Below are positions 1 to 11,984 of a DNA stretch of 64,000 nucleotides, in pieces. Source of the DNA: Camelus dromedarius. Taxonomy: Eukaryota. Position numbers and translations under genes: made by a program. A model generated the notes under the pieces. The model searched no databases. It was not told the origin of the DNA and worked only from the letters and a program-made list of their open reading frames with translations. Numbering within the stretch: position 1 is the first letter of the stretch; every line of letters begins with the position of its first letter. The stretch spans positions 932,001 to 996,000 of the forward strand of contig NC_087438.1 of assembly GCF_036321535.1 (NCBI RefSeq), read 5' to 3'.

Positions 1-559
1 CCGCCCCAGGTCACTGCCACAGCCCTGTATTGGGTGAACTTCTGCCCGTGTGGCCCCGGGAGATGACATTCCTTGGGCTCAGGAATGTGGCTGGGGAGCA
101 TCTGGCCCTGTCCATAGAGACCCCACATACAGACCCAGGGAAAGGCCATCTTTACCCAGTTGGGGGGATCACCATGCTAAGCACCCCTGCACTGTACGGA
201 GCGCCGGGCACCCACCACACCTGTTTGCCGAGAGCTGCCTCCCGGTGTTCGGCGTGGGGCCCGGCGCGGCTGAGCCTCAACTCCTCATCCTTTGGACAAG
301 TAAGTGGGCCTGGAAACCGTCCCCACAGGCCCCGCGTGGGGCTGGAGGCCTGGAAAGACTCGTCCTTTCAGAGCCGCTGACCGGGGCGCTCAGCCGGCTC
401 TCCTCTGGGATTTCTGCGAAGTGTCGGGTGGAAGTCTGTCCCTTCCGGGTCATAGCTACCAGTCCCGAGCACTGCGCGGCTTCGCACGGTGCCTGGGTGA
501 GCGGGCACTTCCGTTAACATCCCTGCTCCCCGGGACGTGTACACGGGCTTAAATGGTTA

Positions 560-1065
560 AACGGCGCAAACAAATACACTTGGCAAATGGAAATCAAACC
601 TCCTTTTCTTTTAATTTCGGAGTGGTCTGTGGAAAGCTGACTTGAAAGACATTGAAATTGGAGAGGTAATTAATTCACAGGCACCTACAGGAGGGGGAGG
701 ACGCACCAATTGTTTGTAGCGTTTTGTAAGCACTGAAATTAATGTACTGTGAATTTGTCATTTCTGCCCGAAGTTACAGATTTGCTGTATTATAATTTAA
801 TCTTTTTAATGTAAAAAGAATAGGAATTTTGCCCTTTCTGGCCTCTCGGGAAGCAAGAACTAGTGTATCTAATTATCTGAACACAGACGAACATAAGGGA
901 TAGCAAGCAGTGAAATTGTAAGTCGAGGGGAGACCCCCGTCTTCTGATTAAACTCTCTTTCTGGGGCCCTTAGCAATCATGCCGCCCCTGTGTTCTTAGT
1001 AATTGCATGTGTCAAAGCCGAGGCTTTGTGTAAATGGGACGAGCGCGTTACAACGGTAATTCAGA
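560..1065. promoter_or_regulatory. Candidate conserved non-coding element/enhancer (AT-rich, TAAT-dense island)
   Basis: Abrupt AT-rich non-repeat island in GC-rich DNA with many homeodomain cores (GGTAATTAATTC, AAATTAATG, TATAATTTAATC, CTAATTATC, AGTAATTGC). Conservation is inferred, not tested. Confidence 0.5.
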
Positions 1066-1968
1066 GGGAAGTGGACGGGGCTCCCGGCGGCCGGGCGGGC
1101 GCGGGGCAGGCGGCGGGAGGGCAGAGGCCCCGGGCGGCGGCGGCGGGGGGCGCGTGCGCCCAGGTCTCATCAGGCCACGTGGTGACAGTGGAATTTCTGA
1201 AAAAGAGAAATGCAATTTACCAACACAAAGCAGCCACCTGCTCTCCCCATTACTCATGTAGTGGAGGCTCCCTGACTCCCTCCGTCCCTCCGGGGCAGTG
1301 AATTTCAACAGCGAGCCTGTCCGTCCTCGGATCGGTGGCACTGAAGAGGAGCTCTTCTGGACGTACTTAAATCTTAGCGATGAAGCAAAACTCTGTTTTG
1401 AACTTTCAGCTCCCCAAAGCCAGGGGAGTGTCCGCTTTTCTCTTTCTTTGCCCACCCCCTCCAGGAATCCCAGCCCTCCTGTGTTTTCCTGGCCCCTGAG
1501 TGATTTCTGCCTTTAAAATGTCTTTTCACTGAAGGGCTGGAGGGTTTCCAAGCAGGGGCTGCGGGGTGGACATCCCAGGACGAGGCCAGAGGCCCTTTCT
1601 GCTTCAGAGACCTTCTTTCTGAGGGGGAAAGGGGTCCACAGTGAAGGCGCCGCACTCAACACGGCGGACTTGGCGACACACTGGGTGGCCGCGGAGGCAT
1701 AGGGCTCGTGAGGCCTCCACGCTGCTCTGCGTGGAGCTGCACGCAGCCACCGCCTTCCATGCATCCTGTGGCTCTGGTGGAGGGGACACCGCCACCTGGC
1801 CTCCTCCCACGTGGATGGCCCCGAGCTGGGCCTCTGTCCGTGCCTCTTCCCGTCCGGGTTTCTTGCTGGCCTTCTTGGTGAGGAGCCAGGGGCCAGGGTT
1901 CAAGACTCCTCCAGCTGAGATGAGGGCGGAGCCCGGGGGCAGGCTTGGGAGCGCCCTCGGCTGCGCAC

Positions 1969-2286
1969 TGTCTTAGCTCAGCCGCCAAAACCAGCACCAC
2001 AGACCTGGAGGCTGAAATACAGACATGTGCTTCCCGCAGTCTGGAGGCTGGACGTCTGTGATCCGGGCGCCGTGGGCTTGGTTCCGGGTGAGGCCTCCTC
2101 AGATGGCTGCCTTCCCACTGTCCCCTCGCCCAGCAAGGAGCCTGGTGTCTCTTCTCACAAGGGCACGAGTCCTGTCGGGTCAGCGCCCACGCTGTACCCT
2201 CACTTCACCTTGACAACCTCTCGTCTCCATGGTCACGGGGGTCAGGGTGGCACGGGACTCTGGGGGACGCCGTTCAGTTCGCAGCA
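1969..2286 (-). mobile_element. MLT1A/B-type MaLR solo LTR, strongly GC-shifted
   Basis: Collinear with the recalled reverse MLT1 consensus: CACCACAGAC..., GTCTGGAGGCTGGACGTC, GAGGCCTC, AGATGGCTGCCTTC, TCTCTTCTCACAAGGGCAC, terminal GGGGGACGCCGTTCAGTTCGCAGCA. Confidence 0.75.
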
Positions 2287-2794
2287 ACAACTTAGCACAT
2301 ACGCCAACGCAGTGGGCACGTCTGTGGCCGGGAGGCAGGAGCGGCGAGCCGAGGAGTCCCCATGCTGACCCGGCCTGGATGGGCTGTCCTCCTCTTGCTG
2401 GCGCAGCAGGTCCCGGAGGGGCTCCCAGGCTGTTGCTGCCCCAGCAGGGTGACATGCTCCCTGGAGACGGGTCCTTGCCTTTGATGACATGGTCCACGTG
2501 AGAACATGTGGTTGGGCCATTGGGGGAAGGCCACGCTGGGCCCAGGCCTCCAGGGAGGAGGGGGATTTAGTGAATTACGTCGCCATGTCCCTCACCCGCT
2601 CACACAGACCCCCACATTTGAGGGTCATTAGTGGTGGGGACATGGGCAGAGCAGGAGTGGATATTTGCCCAGTTGGGGGAACTGTGGCCAGAGGGACAAA
2701 CTGGGATCCCGGGGCAGGCAGGTGCCCACCTGGAGTCTCAGCCACACTCTCCTCGGGCTCCGGGTGGAGGAGGGGGAGGAGTGGAGCTGCTTCC

Positions 2795-2903
2795 TGTGTG
2801 ACTGCGTGCCTGTGTGCATGTGTGCATGTGCATCCCTGTGTGTGTGCACATGTGTGTGCCTGTGTGTGTGCATGTGCATGCCTGTGTGTGCCTGTGTGTG
2901 TGT
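2795..2903. repeat. Degenerate (TG)n/TGCA simple repeat
   Basis: Directly visible alternating TG tract with TGCA/GCC interruptions. Confidence 0.9.
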
Positions 2904-4349
2904 GGAAACACTGCTCTTATTTTTGTCAATGACAGAAGGGGAAACACCAAGTAAATAACAGCCGCAGATGCTGAATCTGTGAGTAGGTTTTGGGGCTCCT
3001 CCCGGGGTTATCAGGTTCAGTTTTAAGCTGAGACAGACACAGACCCAGACGTCATGCAGCACCGTCCACACCAATTGCCTGTGTAGTTCAGAGCCTCCCC
3101 TCCCCCCGCCTCCACTGTGACCAAAACAGCCCGTTTTTGCTCTCCTTTGGCCTCCACCTGTGCAGAGTTCCTGCACCTACCCTGGGAGAGGGATGCGGTC
3201 CCTGGGCGCTGGAACCTGCCCCCGGCCGGGCCTTGGGGGCGGAGGGGCCTGGACACGGCCATGCGCCCATGTGGGGTCACAGAAGAACTTCCTGCTTGTC
3301 GAGAGCTGACGCTGCAAAGCTCCACCACGGGCACTTTTAGCTGTCCTTTCATTTTCTTCTGACGATGTCACTGTAGGACTGGGGCCACCAGCCCCTTTTG
3401 TAGATGAACTACCTTCTGCTCGGAGAGGCCTGGTCACCTGGCCAGTGGCGCAGTGAGCTTTGACAAGGCCGCTGACCTCAGCCTGTCAGACGCTTTGGGC
3501 AAAGCGTGGGGAGCCTCAGACTGCATCTGCCACCCAGGGTCCCGTACATGGCGAACCAGTTGCCTTTTGCTTTATAAACATGGCGGGGGCCATCCCCTGC
3601 CTGCCACGTACTCTGGGTGAGGTCCGGGGCCGGGGGCTGTGTGTGGCGCTTGCTTCCGGGGAGACTAGCGGTGGCACAGGCCCCTTGCGGGAAGATGCCC
3701 CTCACTCGGCAACAGGGCTGCGTGAGCATGTGACGCATGACCCGGGTGCTTGACAAGTGTGGTCACAAACCGACTCCTCTCTCGCACCTTTATTTTATGA
3801 AGTTTGAGGCGGATGCTGACGCCAGCCATGCTGAGCGCTGGAGCAGTGAGTTAAGGTCGCCCAGCTGTCTGTGAACCGTAAATCACAGCCTAGTTCCCTG
3901 AGCATCCGGCTCTCCTCTCTGCTGGCAGGCCCACTTCCATTGTAAGGTCTGATTTTGTTCATTATGTGTAAGGAAGAAAGATCTGAATTGAATAGCAGGC
4001 GCCCCCAGTCACGGGTTCTTTGGAATCTGCCCCAAAGATGCCAGCAGTTCATTTCAGTGTGGCGACATCACTCCACAAATCGGTTGAACTTTCTGCTGGC
4101 TTCCTTGGCCCCACCAGTGAGTTTTCTACATGAACCTGAGGTGTCTCAGCCAGAGGCGGCAGGAACGGGAGCCTCCCCCTTGGGAGGGGCTGAGAACTGC
4201 GCGGGCGACAGGCCCTGCGCGCCGCCGCGTCCTTCTGCTCTGACAGAGGCCTCAAGCCACTCTGACCTTTCATGGCGCAGACAGCGAGTCTGCCGTATGA
4301 ACTTCTAGGCCCCTCCGGACACACGGAGATGCACTGGTGGTGCGTCTTC

Positions 4350-4515
4350 TGAACACGATGGGCCTGGGTTCGGGTCCTGAGTCCTCACCGACCACCTGTG
4401 TGCCTGGAACTGGCTCACGCAGTTCCTGCGAGATTCTGTTTCCACACTTGTGATGGAAGGAACACAGTTTTCAGGATGACCCTGAGGATGGGAACGGTGC
4501 ATGGAAAACGACTGC
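4350..4515 (+). mobile_element. MIR SINE remnant
   Basis: CCTGGGTTCGGGTCC...CTGTGTG...CTGTTTCCACACTTGTGATGG...TGAGGATG follows the order of the MIR core. Confidence 0.55.
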
Positions 4516-5444
4516 GAGCGGCCGTGTCTGCCTTAGATGGCAGCCGTGTTACTGAGGGGGCATGTGGAACGGCTGAAGTTCTACTGAATATAGTTGTGAA
4601 GGCCTGGGTGGTTGGGGGTCTCACAGTAGAAATTGTTCAGTCAATCAAGCCGCTCATCTCGAATTCTGACGGCCGCCCCGGGAACCGGGAGGGAGGGACA
4701 GGGGTGCTGCTGCGGACGTGCCTGACCTGTAGGGCCCGCCCAGGAAGGCTGCTCGCGGAGCCCGGTGGCGTGTCCACGGGGAGACCCAGGCAGGGCTGCT
4801 TCCATTTGGAAAACGGACTGAAGGGCCTCTGGTTACGGAAGACGGGGTGGGGGGTGCAGCATTAACAGAGAGGTGGAGACTCAGACGGACCGGCTTCAGG
4901 GGGTCTTCTGGGCCCTCCACCCCGGCCAGAGGTGGGCGGGGGCCGGGCTCTCGCAGGGCAGAATGGTGCTTCTCTAACGGGCAGCCAAGACCTGGGCCAG
5001 GGCGGCGGCCGGCAGCGCACGGCTCGCTCCCGTCGGGGGAGGCTGACCACTGACCCCCCGGTCCTGGGTTGTGGCTCCCGCCACGAAGTCGCCCCTCACC
5101 TTCAGGAATAGTCCACCACACAGCTGGAAGGTGCTTCGGTTTGAGGACAGAGGGGAACAGAGGTAGCTGGCTGCCTGGAGTCCTGCGCAGTGGCGGGGGG
5201 ACCAGGTGTGTGCAACGACGGGGCCCCGGCGGGAGCAGCGCGGTGCTGGCGGGAGGAGCACACCCACACCCCAGGAACGGTGGGCTCTGAAAACCCAGCC
5301 GCTTCCTTCTTCTGTTCAAGGAAAAGCCGGCTCTGGCGGGCAGCCTGTTGCCTGGGTCCCGGGCGCGGGGACGCACGTGAGTCTGCGGGCCCTGTGGGCG
5401 CTGAAAGGGCACACGTGTGCGGCAGCAGAGGCGGCAGCCTGGGT

Positions 5445-5960
5445 GTGACAGACACGCCCCTGGAAGACAGACCCTGAAGCTCGCTCGGGAGAAGACGCAC
5501 AGCCCAGACAGTCTCGTAGATGAAAAAGCGATCGAGTCCACTGCCAAACATCTTCCCAAGAGGAACTTCCGACCCAGGTGGCTTCCCTGGCGAGTTCAAC
5601 CAAACATTTAAGGAAGGAATGCAGGTTTATTAGAAATACCGATCGTATACAAACTCACAGAGACTGAACAGGAGAGAACACTTCCCAGCTCCGTTCATGA
5701 AGCCAGCATCACCTTGATATTCAAACCAAGACATTATATGTAAAAGACAAACAAACAAACAAAACTAAGTGCAGTATTTCTCATCCACACAGGAGGAAAA
5801 TTGTTAGCAAATTTTAGAAAATTGAGTCCAACAGTATTTCAGGAGGACAGCACATCATGCAAACTAAAGGACAATCGGAGGGAATCCAGCACACCCCCGA
5901 CGGGCAGTTTCAGCGAACTGGGCACCAAGGGAGGGTTCACCCGATGGAAACCGTCAGTGA
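5445..5960 (+). mobile_element. Ancient L1 ORF2 fragment (start of the RT region)
   Basis: CCCAGGTGGCTTCCCTGGCGAGTTCAACCAAACATTTAAGGAAG and ACACTTCCCAGCTCCGTTCATGAAGCCAGCATCACCTTGATA match the L1 ORF2 PGPDGF..EF / LP.SFYEASITLIPKP coding region. Confidence 0.85.
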
Positions 5961-8900
5961 CAAGCCTACAGCGAGCTCAGTGACAGACGGAGCCCTTTCC
6001 CCACCAGGTCGGGGAAGGCGGCAGAGACCCCCCCACGCTGCCGCTCAGCCCTGCACCGAAGGCTCCAGCCCGAGCCGGAAGCGGGGAAGGAAGCGACAGG
6101 CAAACCGGAGGGTGAGAGGTGAAGCTGCCTCTGCCCCCGGGTGGCGTCGCTGCCTCCCAGTGGGGGAGAGAGGGCCCCTTCCCTTGCGCAGGCTCCCCTG
6201 CCTTCCCCAGGGCTGAAATTTCAGCAGATCCTCCCAGCCTCTCCAAAGAACTCACGGCCCCGGGAGGGACCCCATGGGGGAGGACGCGGGCCACCTTCAC
6301 GCACAAGCATGGCAGCCCCAGTGACCGGGAACTGCAGCCTGAGGCGCTGCTCCAGGTCCCCAGGCTCTTGCCTTTGTGGGTAGAAACGCTCAGGTGTCCA
6401 GGCCAAACAAAGGCCACGAGACTGCAGGTGTTGACAAAGGCCAGGGTGTGAGTGGGGACGCAGGGGGCTTCTATGTCCAAGGACACACAGGTGGTTGGCC
6501 GGGGCTGCTCCCAGACTGAACAAGGGAGGCCGGCGTCCCAGCAGCAGGTGTCAGTGGAGGGGCTGCAGGGGGCCCCATCCTGTGCACGGTGCCGCACCGC
6601 CTGCATCTTGTCACACTGCGAAACGCGGAGCCAGGGTAATGACACTGTGCCAGGCTGTATCGCATGCGTCACACCGTGACACTTGCCCTGCACTGCGCTA
6701 CCTCATCGCACTCTGTTGACAGGATGGGCTCTAGACTTGGACTGAGATGGCCCCTGAAATGCCTTCAAATTAACATCTGAAATTTGGTGAATTTCTGCTC
6801 TCATGGCTGAGATCTTGAAATAGCTCGTTAGTCTGAATTGCAGGACCCGTGTTTTACTTCTCTGAGGAAAGTAGCTGTAAACGTATATGGGAACTGTCTG
6901 GCAGTCACCCGTCTACACCCGGAGCAGCTGGGTCTGCACGGGCTCCCTGCACTGGACGTGACTGTTACCGAGGTGCTCGGAGCCCCCTGCCCGGCTGCTC
7001 TGACCACAGAGCAGAGAGAGGGACTCCAGCCTAGAATGTCTTACAATAGTCATTTCCTAACATATTGTGGTGTTATTTTAAACACTTTTTCACCCCTCAG
7101 TGAGATGGATGCTTGCTAAGCCCTTCCTGTACCAGCTCACTGATTCTCCAGCCTCGCGGAGCAGGTGAAACGTTGTCCCAGCCGACCGGGGGGGAGGCTG
7201 AGAAGGAGCCTCAGGGCCGAGGGTGGTGGCAGAGGGGGATTCCCGAGTCTGGCCGTCTGACTGCGGACGGGGGCCCTAAGCTCGCCCCCTTGCCATGGCC
7301 CCGTGGCAGTAGTTACCCCCAATGTCCCCTTCCGGCCTCCGTGGGCCTCAAAGCCAGGGCTGCTTCTTCCTGTCCCCCAGGTCTCAGGTGACCGCTGTGG
7401 CTAAGCTCGGGATGCCTCTAAGCCTGTGAGCTCAGGGGCTGCCCCCTCCTTCCTTCCCGGCACCAACTGAGGGCTCAGGGCCAGAGCCGGGGAGGAGAGG
7501 CCCTCCTCCTGGCTCAGTGGGTCGGCGGCTGGGCTGGGGCCGACGAGTGGGGTGGGAGGGGGGCCCTGCTGGTTGGATGGAGGACGTGAGATGTGCCCAC
7601 GACCAGCACAACCCCAGTGAGCAGTGCCACCAGAGGGCTGATGTGTTCAGGGAGGGAGCCCTGACTCTGACCAAGGGCTGGATGTCCAGGGAGCCCCCAG
7701 CCCAGAGCAGAGCGTGAGAGGCTGGGGGGCAAGGAGGTGTCAGGAGTGGAGGAAGCAGAGAGTGGGGTTGCGTGTGACAGGATAAGAAAGACACAGGAAA
7801 ACAGGGAGTGGCAGGGATGTCTGCTCCGTGTAAACCAGGTCTCCTGGAGGAGGGAGGTGGACGGTGTGGGCTGCAGGGGCGGGACCATGGGAAGCACCTC
7901 ACCTGAGGTCCGGGGAGGGGGTGCGTGTGACAGCGGTGACGCTGGAGTTCAGGCAAGCTGGGGAGCAGGGGAGAGAGAACCCTCCAGAACCTGGGGTGGA
8001 AAGAGGCACCAAGCAGGGCGTCAGAGGCAGGAGGGGGCCTGGGAGCCTGTGATTCTGCCCACAGAGCAGGGGCTGCGGGCTTTGATCAGCACACCGGGCG
8101 GGAGCTGGTTCTGTGACAGGAGCAGGGAGCTGGGCAGGGGTGCAGGTGGCCTCCGAGGGGAGGGTCTGCAGACCTGGGCTGCACAAGTTAGGGGAGAGTG
8201 AGAAGACCTCCTAAGAACAGAAAGCATGAGGAGCAGCCCTGCGGAGACTTGGGGACCCCCTCCAGGACTCGTGGGGGCTTCTCCGCACAGCCCCTCCGTG
8301 GAGTTCTCTTCCCTGCAGGCCCCCTCCCTCTGTCCCAGAGCCCCCTGTCTGTCTTCACCCAGGGACCCAGGGATGAGACCCTGCCGGCCGGCCAGCACAG
8401 CTGAGCCCTGCACGCGGGGCTGGGCCTGCACGCGGGGCTGGACGTTGGCAAGAGGACACCTTGGGATGACGGCCCCAGCCGCGTCCTGGCCTCCGTGCTG
8501 CCGTGTCCACATGAGGCCTGCCAGGGCGTGATGCTCACTCCCCAGTGGACAGCCTCTCTGGGTGGGAAAGGCTCTTCTTGCACCAGCCAAGCCCCGAGCT
8601 TGGGTTGTGGGGCTTCCAGGGGTCCCAGTGAGAGGGGTGTTCTGGGACTTCAGTTCTGAAACTCAGAAGTCCTGGGCAAACTTCAAAGAGCTGGTCACCC
8701 CAGAGAGACAGGCCTCAGATGGAGCAGTGCCTCATCGGCGCCACTGCCGCGGCCCCTGGGAGACGCAAGCTCGCTGGATGCCCGGGGCGGGGGCGTAGGC
8801 AGCCCTTCTGAAAAACAGACTTTCTGTGCAGATACACTTACTGAAGTGTAGTCAGTTTACATTTTTGTGTCAGTCGTAGGCAGCTCTTGACCTGGCCACC

Positions 8901-10065
8901 CAGGTGCGCGGGGTGTGTGGGGTCGGTCCCGCAGAGGAAGGAGATCTCCCCCCACCCCCACCCCGCCCAGGAGGTGAGGCCCCCAAGCTGCTAGAGGGAC
9001 TTGGGGTGAAGAGAGCCCGCTGTGCCCCTGGGCCCATGGTCTCTTCCTAAGGGAACTGTTTACAAGGGACGGGAGCAGAGGGGCTGTGCCGAGTCGGGGC
9101 TGACCCCCGCCCCTGAGCCAGGACAGCCATGGACCACACACGTCTCCCTGAGCCCAGAGCAGGACAGGTCTCCACGCACCACGCCCAGGCTGGGGGTGGG
9201 GGTGGAGGAGGGGAGGAGGACACGAGAGGGGACCCTTTGCTTCCTCGAGGGCCTGTCATCTTCGTTAAGGCGTTAGGAGTTAGGAGACCTGTCCAAGCCA
9301 TCTCCCCCTGTGCCCAGGCCCATCTGGGTCCTCCTGCCCCTCTCGGTGTCCCCCCAGTCGGTGCGTTCTCCGCGCCCACCCAGTGGTGGCGCTGTTGCCC
9401 TTGGAACTGGTGATCCTGGCTGCCGACTTTGGGGTCTCACTCTAGTTGGGAAAGGGCCCCGGGGTGCATGGGGGCACCTGTGATGCCCGCCTCGCAGGGA
9501 AGGGCCTTTGGGGTGGGAGGGGCCGGAGAGGGAGCAGGACCAGCAGACCCGGATCCCGCCCCACCGCCAACCGCCCAGAGCTGGGGTGTCCCCGCCGCCC
9601 TCCTGGGGTGGCCTGGGGGCGGGTGAAGTGGAGCACATCCCTCCCCTCCTCCGCCTGCCGCTTGGTTTCTGTGTGGGGGTCGCAGCACTGGATCGTGGTC
9701 CCTGGGTCCTGGCGTGTGCAGGCTGGACAGCGGCTTTTCAGCTCTGTCCCCTCTGGGCACTCAGACCTCGGGGGATCTCCGCATCTAAGACCTGCTCCTG
9801 AATGGAAGCCTTCCCAGCTGTCCTCGTGGGCCCGGCAGCCTGCGGACCGTCCGGCTGTAAGAGGGGATGGCAGGGGGGCCGGTCCTCCCCCAGTTTGAAG
9901 GAGGGGGCGAGTGCGGCCGGGGCGCGCAGGATGGGGCCTGCCCAAGCCAACAGCAGGCCGGCTGCCTTCTGTGTGATCGTCCCCATCTTTTGAAAGTTTA
10001 TTTCAGGAACTCTTCCTTGAATGACAGTTGTTAGTGTTTATTTTGCTCCTTCTATTTGCCCCCCC

Positions 10066-10340
10066 CTTTACTAAGATACAGCTAGCAGGTACCACTGAGT
10101 GAGTTGCAGGTGTGCGGTGTGATTGATGCTCATGTATGCTGCACAGCGATTTCCACAGCGAGATTAATTAACACACCCATCACCTCACATAGCTTTTTCT
10201 GTCTGTGGGGGGAGGGGAAATTTAAAAATCTACTCTCTTACAATAAAAAAAAAAAAAAAGAAAGGAAAAAAAAATCTACTCTCTTAGTGACTTTCAAATG
10301 CAGGGACACTGCTGTTACCTGTGGTCACCGCGCACTCCTT
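10066..10340 (-). mobile_element. L1MA9/L1MB-like 3' end
   Basis: TAATTAACACACCCATCACCTCACATAG...ATCTACTCTCTTAG..TTTCAA is the typical reverse-strand 3' UTR of these families. Confidence 0.8.
10224..10286 (+). mobile_element. Ultra-truncated retro-insertion (CAATAAA + A-tail, 29 bp) with a 17-bp TSD
   Basis: AAAAATCTACTCTCTTA occurs at 10224-10240 and 10270-10286, flanking CAATAAAAAAAAAAAAAAAGAAAGGAAAA. The target is TTT/AAAAA. Confidence 0.85.
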
Positions 10341-10726
10341 CCCGCCGGGGCCGCTCCCCTGAGGACGGGACCCCCACGTGCGCCCCACCCTGTGTGCCTG
10401 CTCTCCCGGTCACTCGTGTCCTGGGCTCTCTCTGCCTCCAGGATTTGTCACGTCCTTGCGAATGCTTGAGATCTCTTTCCAACGTGTTTTTATGATCAAG
10501 ATGTCCTGACTCTCTTGTCGTCCGTTTTCCTTATTCATTTATTTTATTTCCTTTTTTATTGGTTTTTATCTTTCATCACTTAGTTTCAAAAGTGAGACCA
10601 TATCCGGATAAAAATAAGCAGCTTAATATTTTTGTAAACTTCAGCGTGTTGTTTTCCGTACATGTCAAGGTTACAGTGCTTTTCCTTTTTAAAAAGTAAT
10701 TAATTAATTAATTTTGCTTTATTTTC

Positions 10727-10783
10727 ATTTTTTAAACTGAAGTGCGGTCGGTTTACAATGTTGTGTCAGTTTCTGGTGTGCAT
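10727..10783 (-). mobile_element. Short lineage-specific L1 3' tip
   Basis: TGAAGTGCGGTCGGTTTACAATGTTGTGTCAGTTTCTGGTG is the reverse complement of the L1 terminus seen at 55050-55100 and 26690-26750. Confidence 0.75.
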
Positions 10784-11580
10784 TCTTCGCTCTTGTGTTC
10801 TGTCTTACTCTGCATCTGAAATGCTTTCCTCATATTTCTAATGACCTCCTGGGCGACGGGAGCTCGTCTCTGAGTTTTCCTGCTTTGAGTGGCCTGTCCT
10901 CACATTTACACCGTCGATCTGGTGCAGTCGGCCGGCTCTGCAGTCAGGCGCAGCCTCGCTCTGTTTCTGTGACTCTTCTGCACGTTTGGTGACGTGCGGG
11001 GACGGCACTCGGCTCTTTCCTCTCCTTCTTACAAGGATTTGGTGGACGATTTGATTTTGATCCTCTTCTTTTGCTCATTTTTTATGTAGAACTGGTTTTT
11101 CCAAGCTCTTAGAAGGAGGCCTGTTCAGAACAGCTTTTCGATGCTCACAGAGCTCCACCTCTTGCTTTCCTGCAGTTAAAACAACCCCGCAGTGGCCTGA
11201 GGCTGCCTGACTGTCCCGCCCCTCTAGCTTCCCCTCTGACCTTTGTCTCCATCGTCCTGAACGTGGGGCCTCGGAGGCTGCGGGCTCTGACCTGGAGGGA
11301 GCCCCGAGGGGCTGCTTCTCACTTCGTAGCCTTAACATGTGCGAGCAGAACAGCCGCCGTCTCTGCATTCCTCCTCCTTCTCACAGCGTCCTTCGCCGGA
11401 AGTGCACTGCAGTCCTCCATCCTGAGTGCTGCGTGACGCTGGCCTCATCGCAGAGCTTTGTCGTAGAGCCACGCGCCTCACCGTCGGGGCTCCACCCCGG
11501 CCCCCGCAGACACGGGTGTCTCCTGTCTCCTCTGGGGGACAGTGTGGTGGGGTGCCCACGTCTTCCCTCTGGGGAAGGGC

Positions 11581-11984
11581 TGTCGGAGTTCCGCCTTCCC
11601 GCCCGCGTTCGTGTTCCCGGAGAAGAGGGTTCTCGCCCCGCGCAGGAAAACACCCGAGAGCGAGGCACAGTAAAGTGAGAGCAGGTTTACTTAGAGAGAC
11701 GCATGCTCCGCAGACGGACTGCGGGCGGCCCAGGAGGCGAGCGCGCGGCCGCGGGGCGCAGGGCTGTCCGCTGCTGCGGGCTTGTGACTTCAGCCCGGAA
11801 GGGAGCCCGGCTGCGCGGGGGAGGCGCGGGTGCTCCTAGGAACTGCGCCCCGGGGGTGCACCATGAGGCTCGAGGTCACCGGGAAGGAGGCTCCTCCGCC
11901 GTCTTGGTTCTGGCCGGTTTGTCCTCAGTTGTCGTGTCGGCCCCTCGGTGGCTGCGCCCGGCCCCTTCCCGCCTGTCTCTCTCA
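11581..11984 (-). mobile_element. ERV1 (MER4-group-like) solo LTR, GC-shifted
   Basis: GAAGAGGGTTCTCG...GCGAGGCACAGTAAAGTGAGAGCAGGTTTACTTAGAGAG and GAGGTCACC...CGCCGTCTTGGTTCTGGCCGGTTT resemble MER4-group LTR motifs. TG...CA ends are plausible but there is no clean TSD. Confidence 0.55.

Noticed and set aside
4654..5559. 301-aa ORF and similar long Pro/Gly/Arg/Ala-rich ORFs (5977-6693, 13835-14683, 21255-21998, 50529-51248, 61612-62295, 63103-63786)
   Set aside because: Stop codons are scarce in GC-rich DNA, the ORFs overlap in many frames, and none shows a recognisable domain.
8407..8441. Tandem duplication of CCTGCACGCGGGGCTGG
   Set aside because: A simple two-copy slippage duplication with no further structure.
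10450..11110. Possible very old antisense L1/HAL1 ORF1 remnant
   Set aside because: Similarity is too weak to call by eye.
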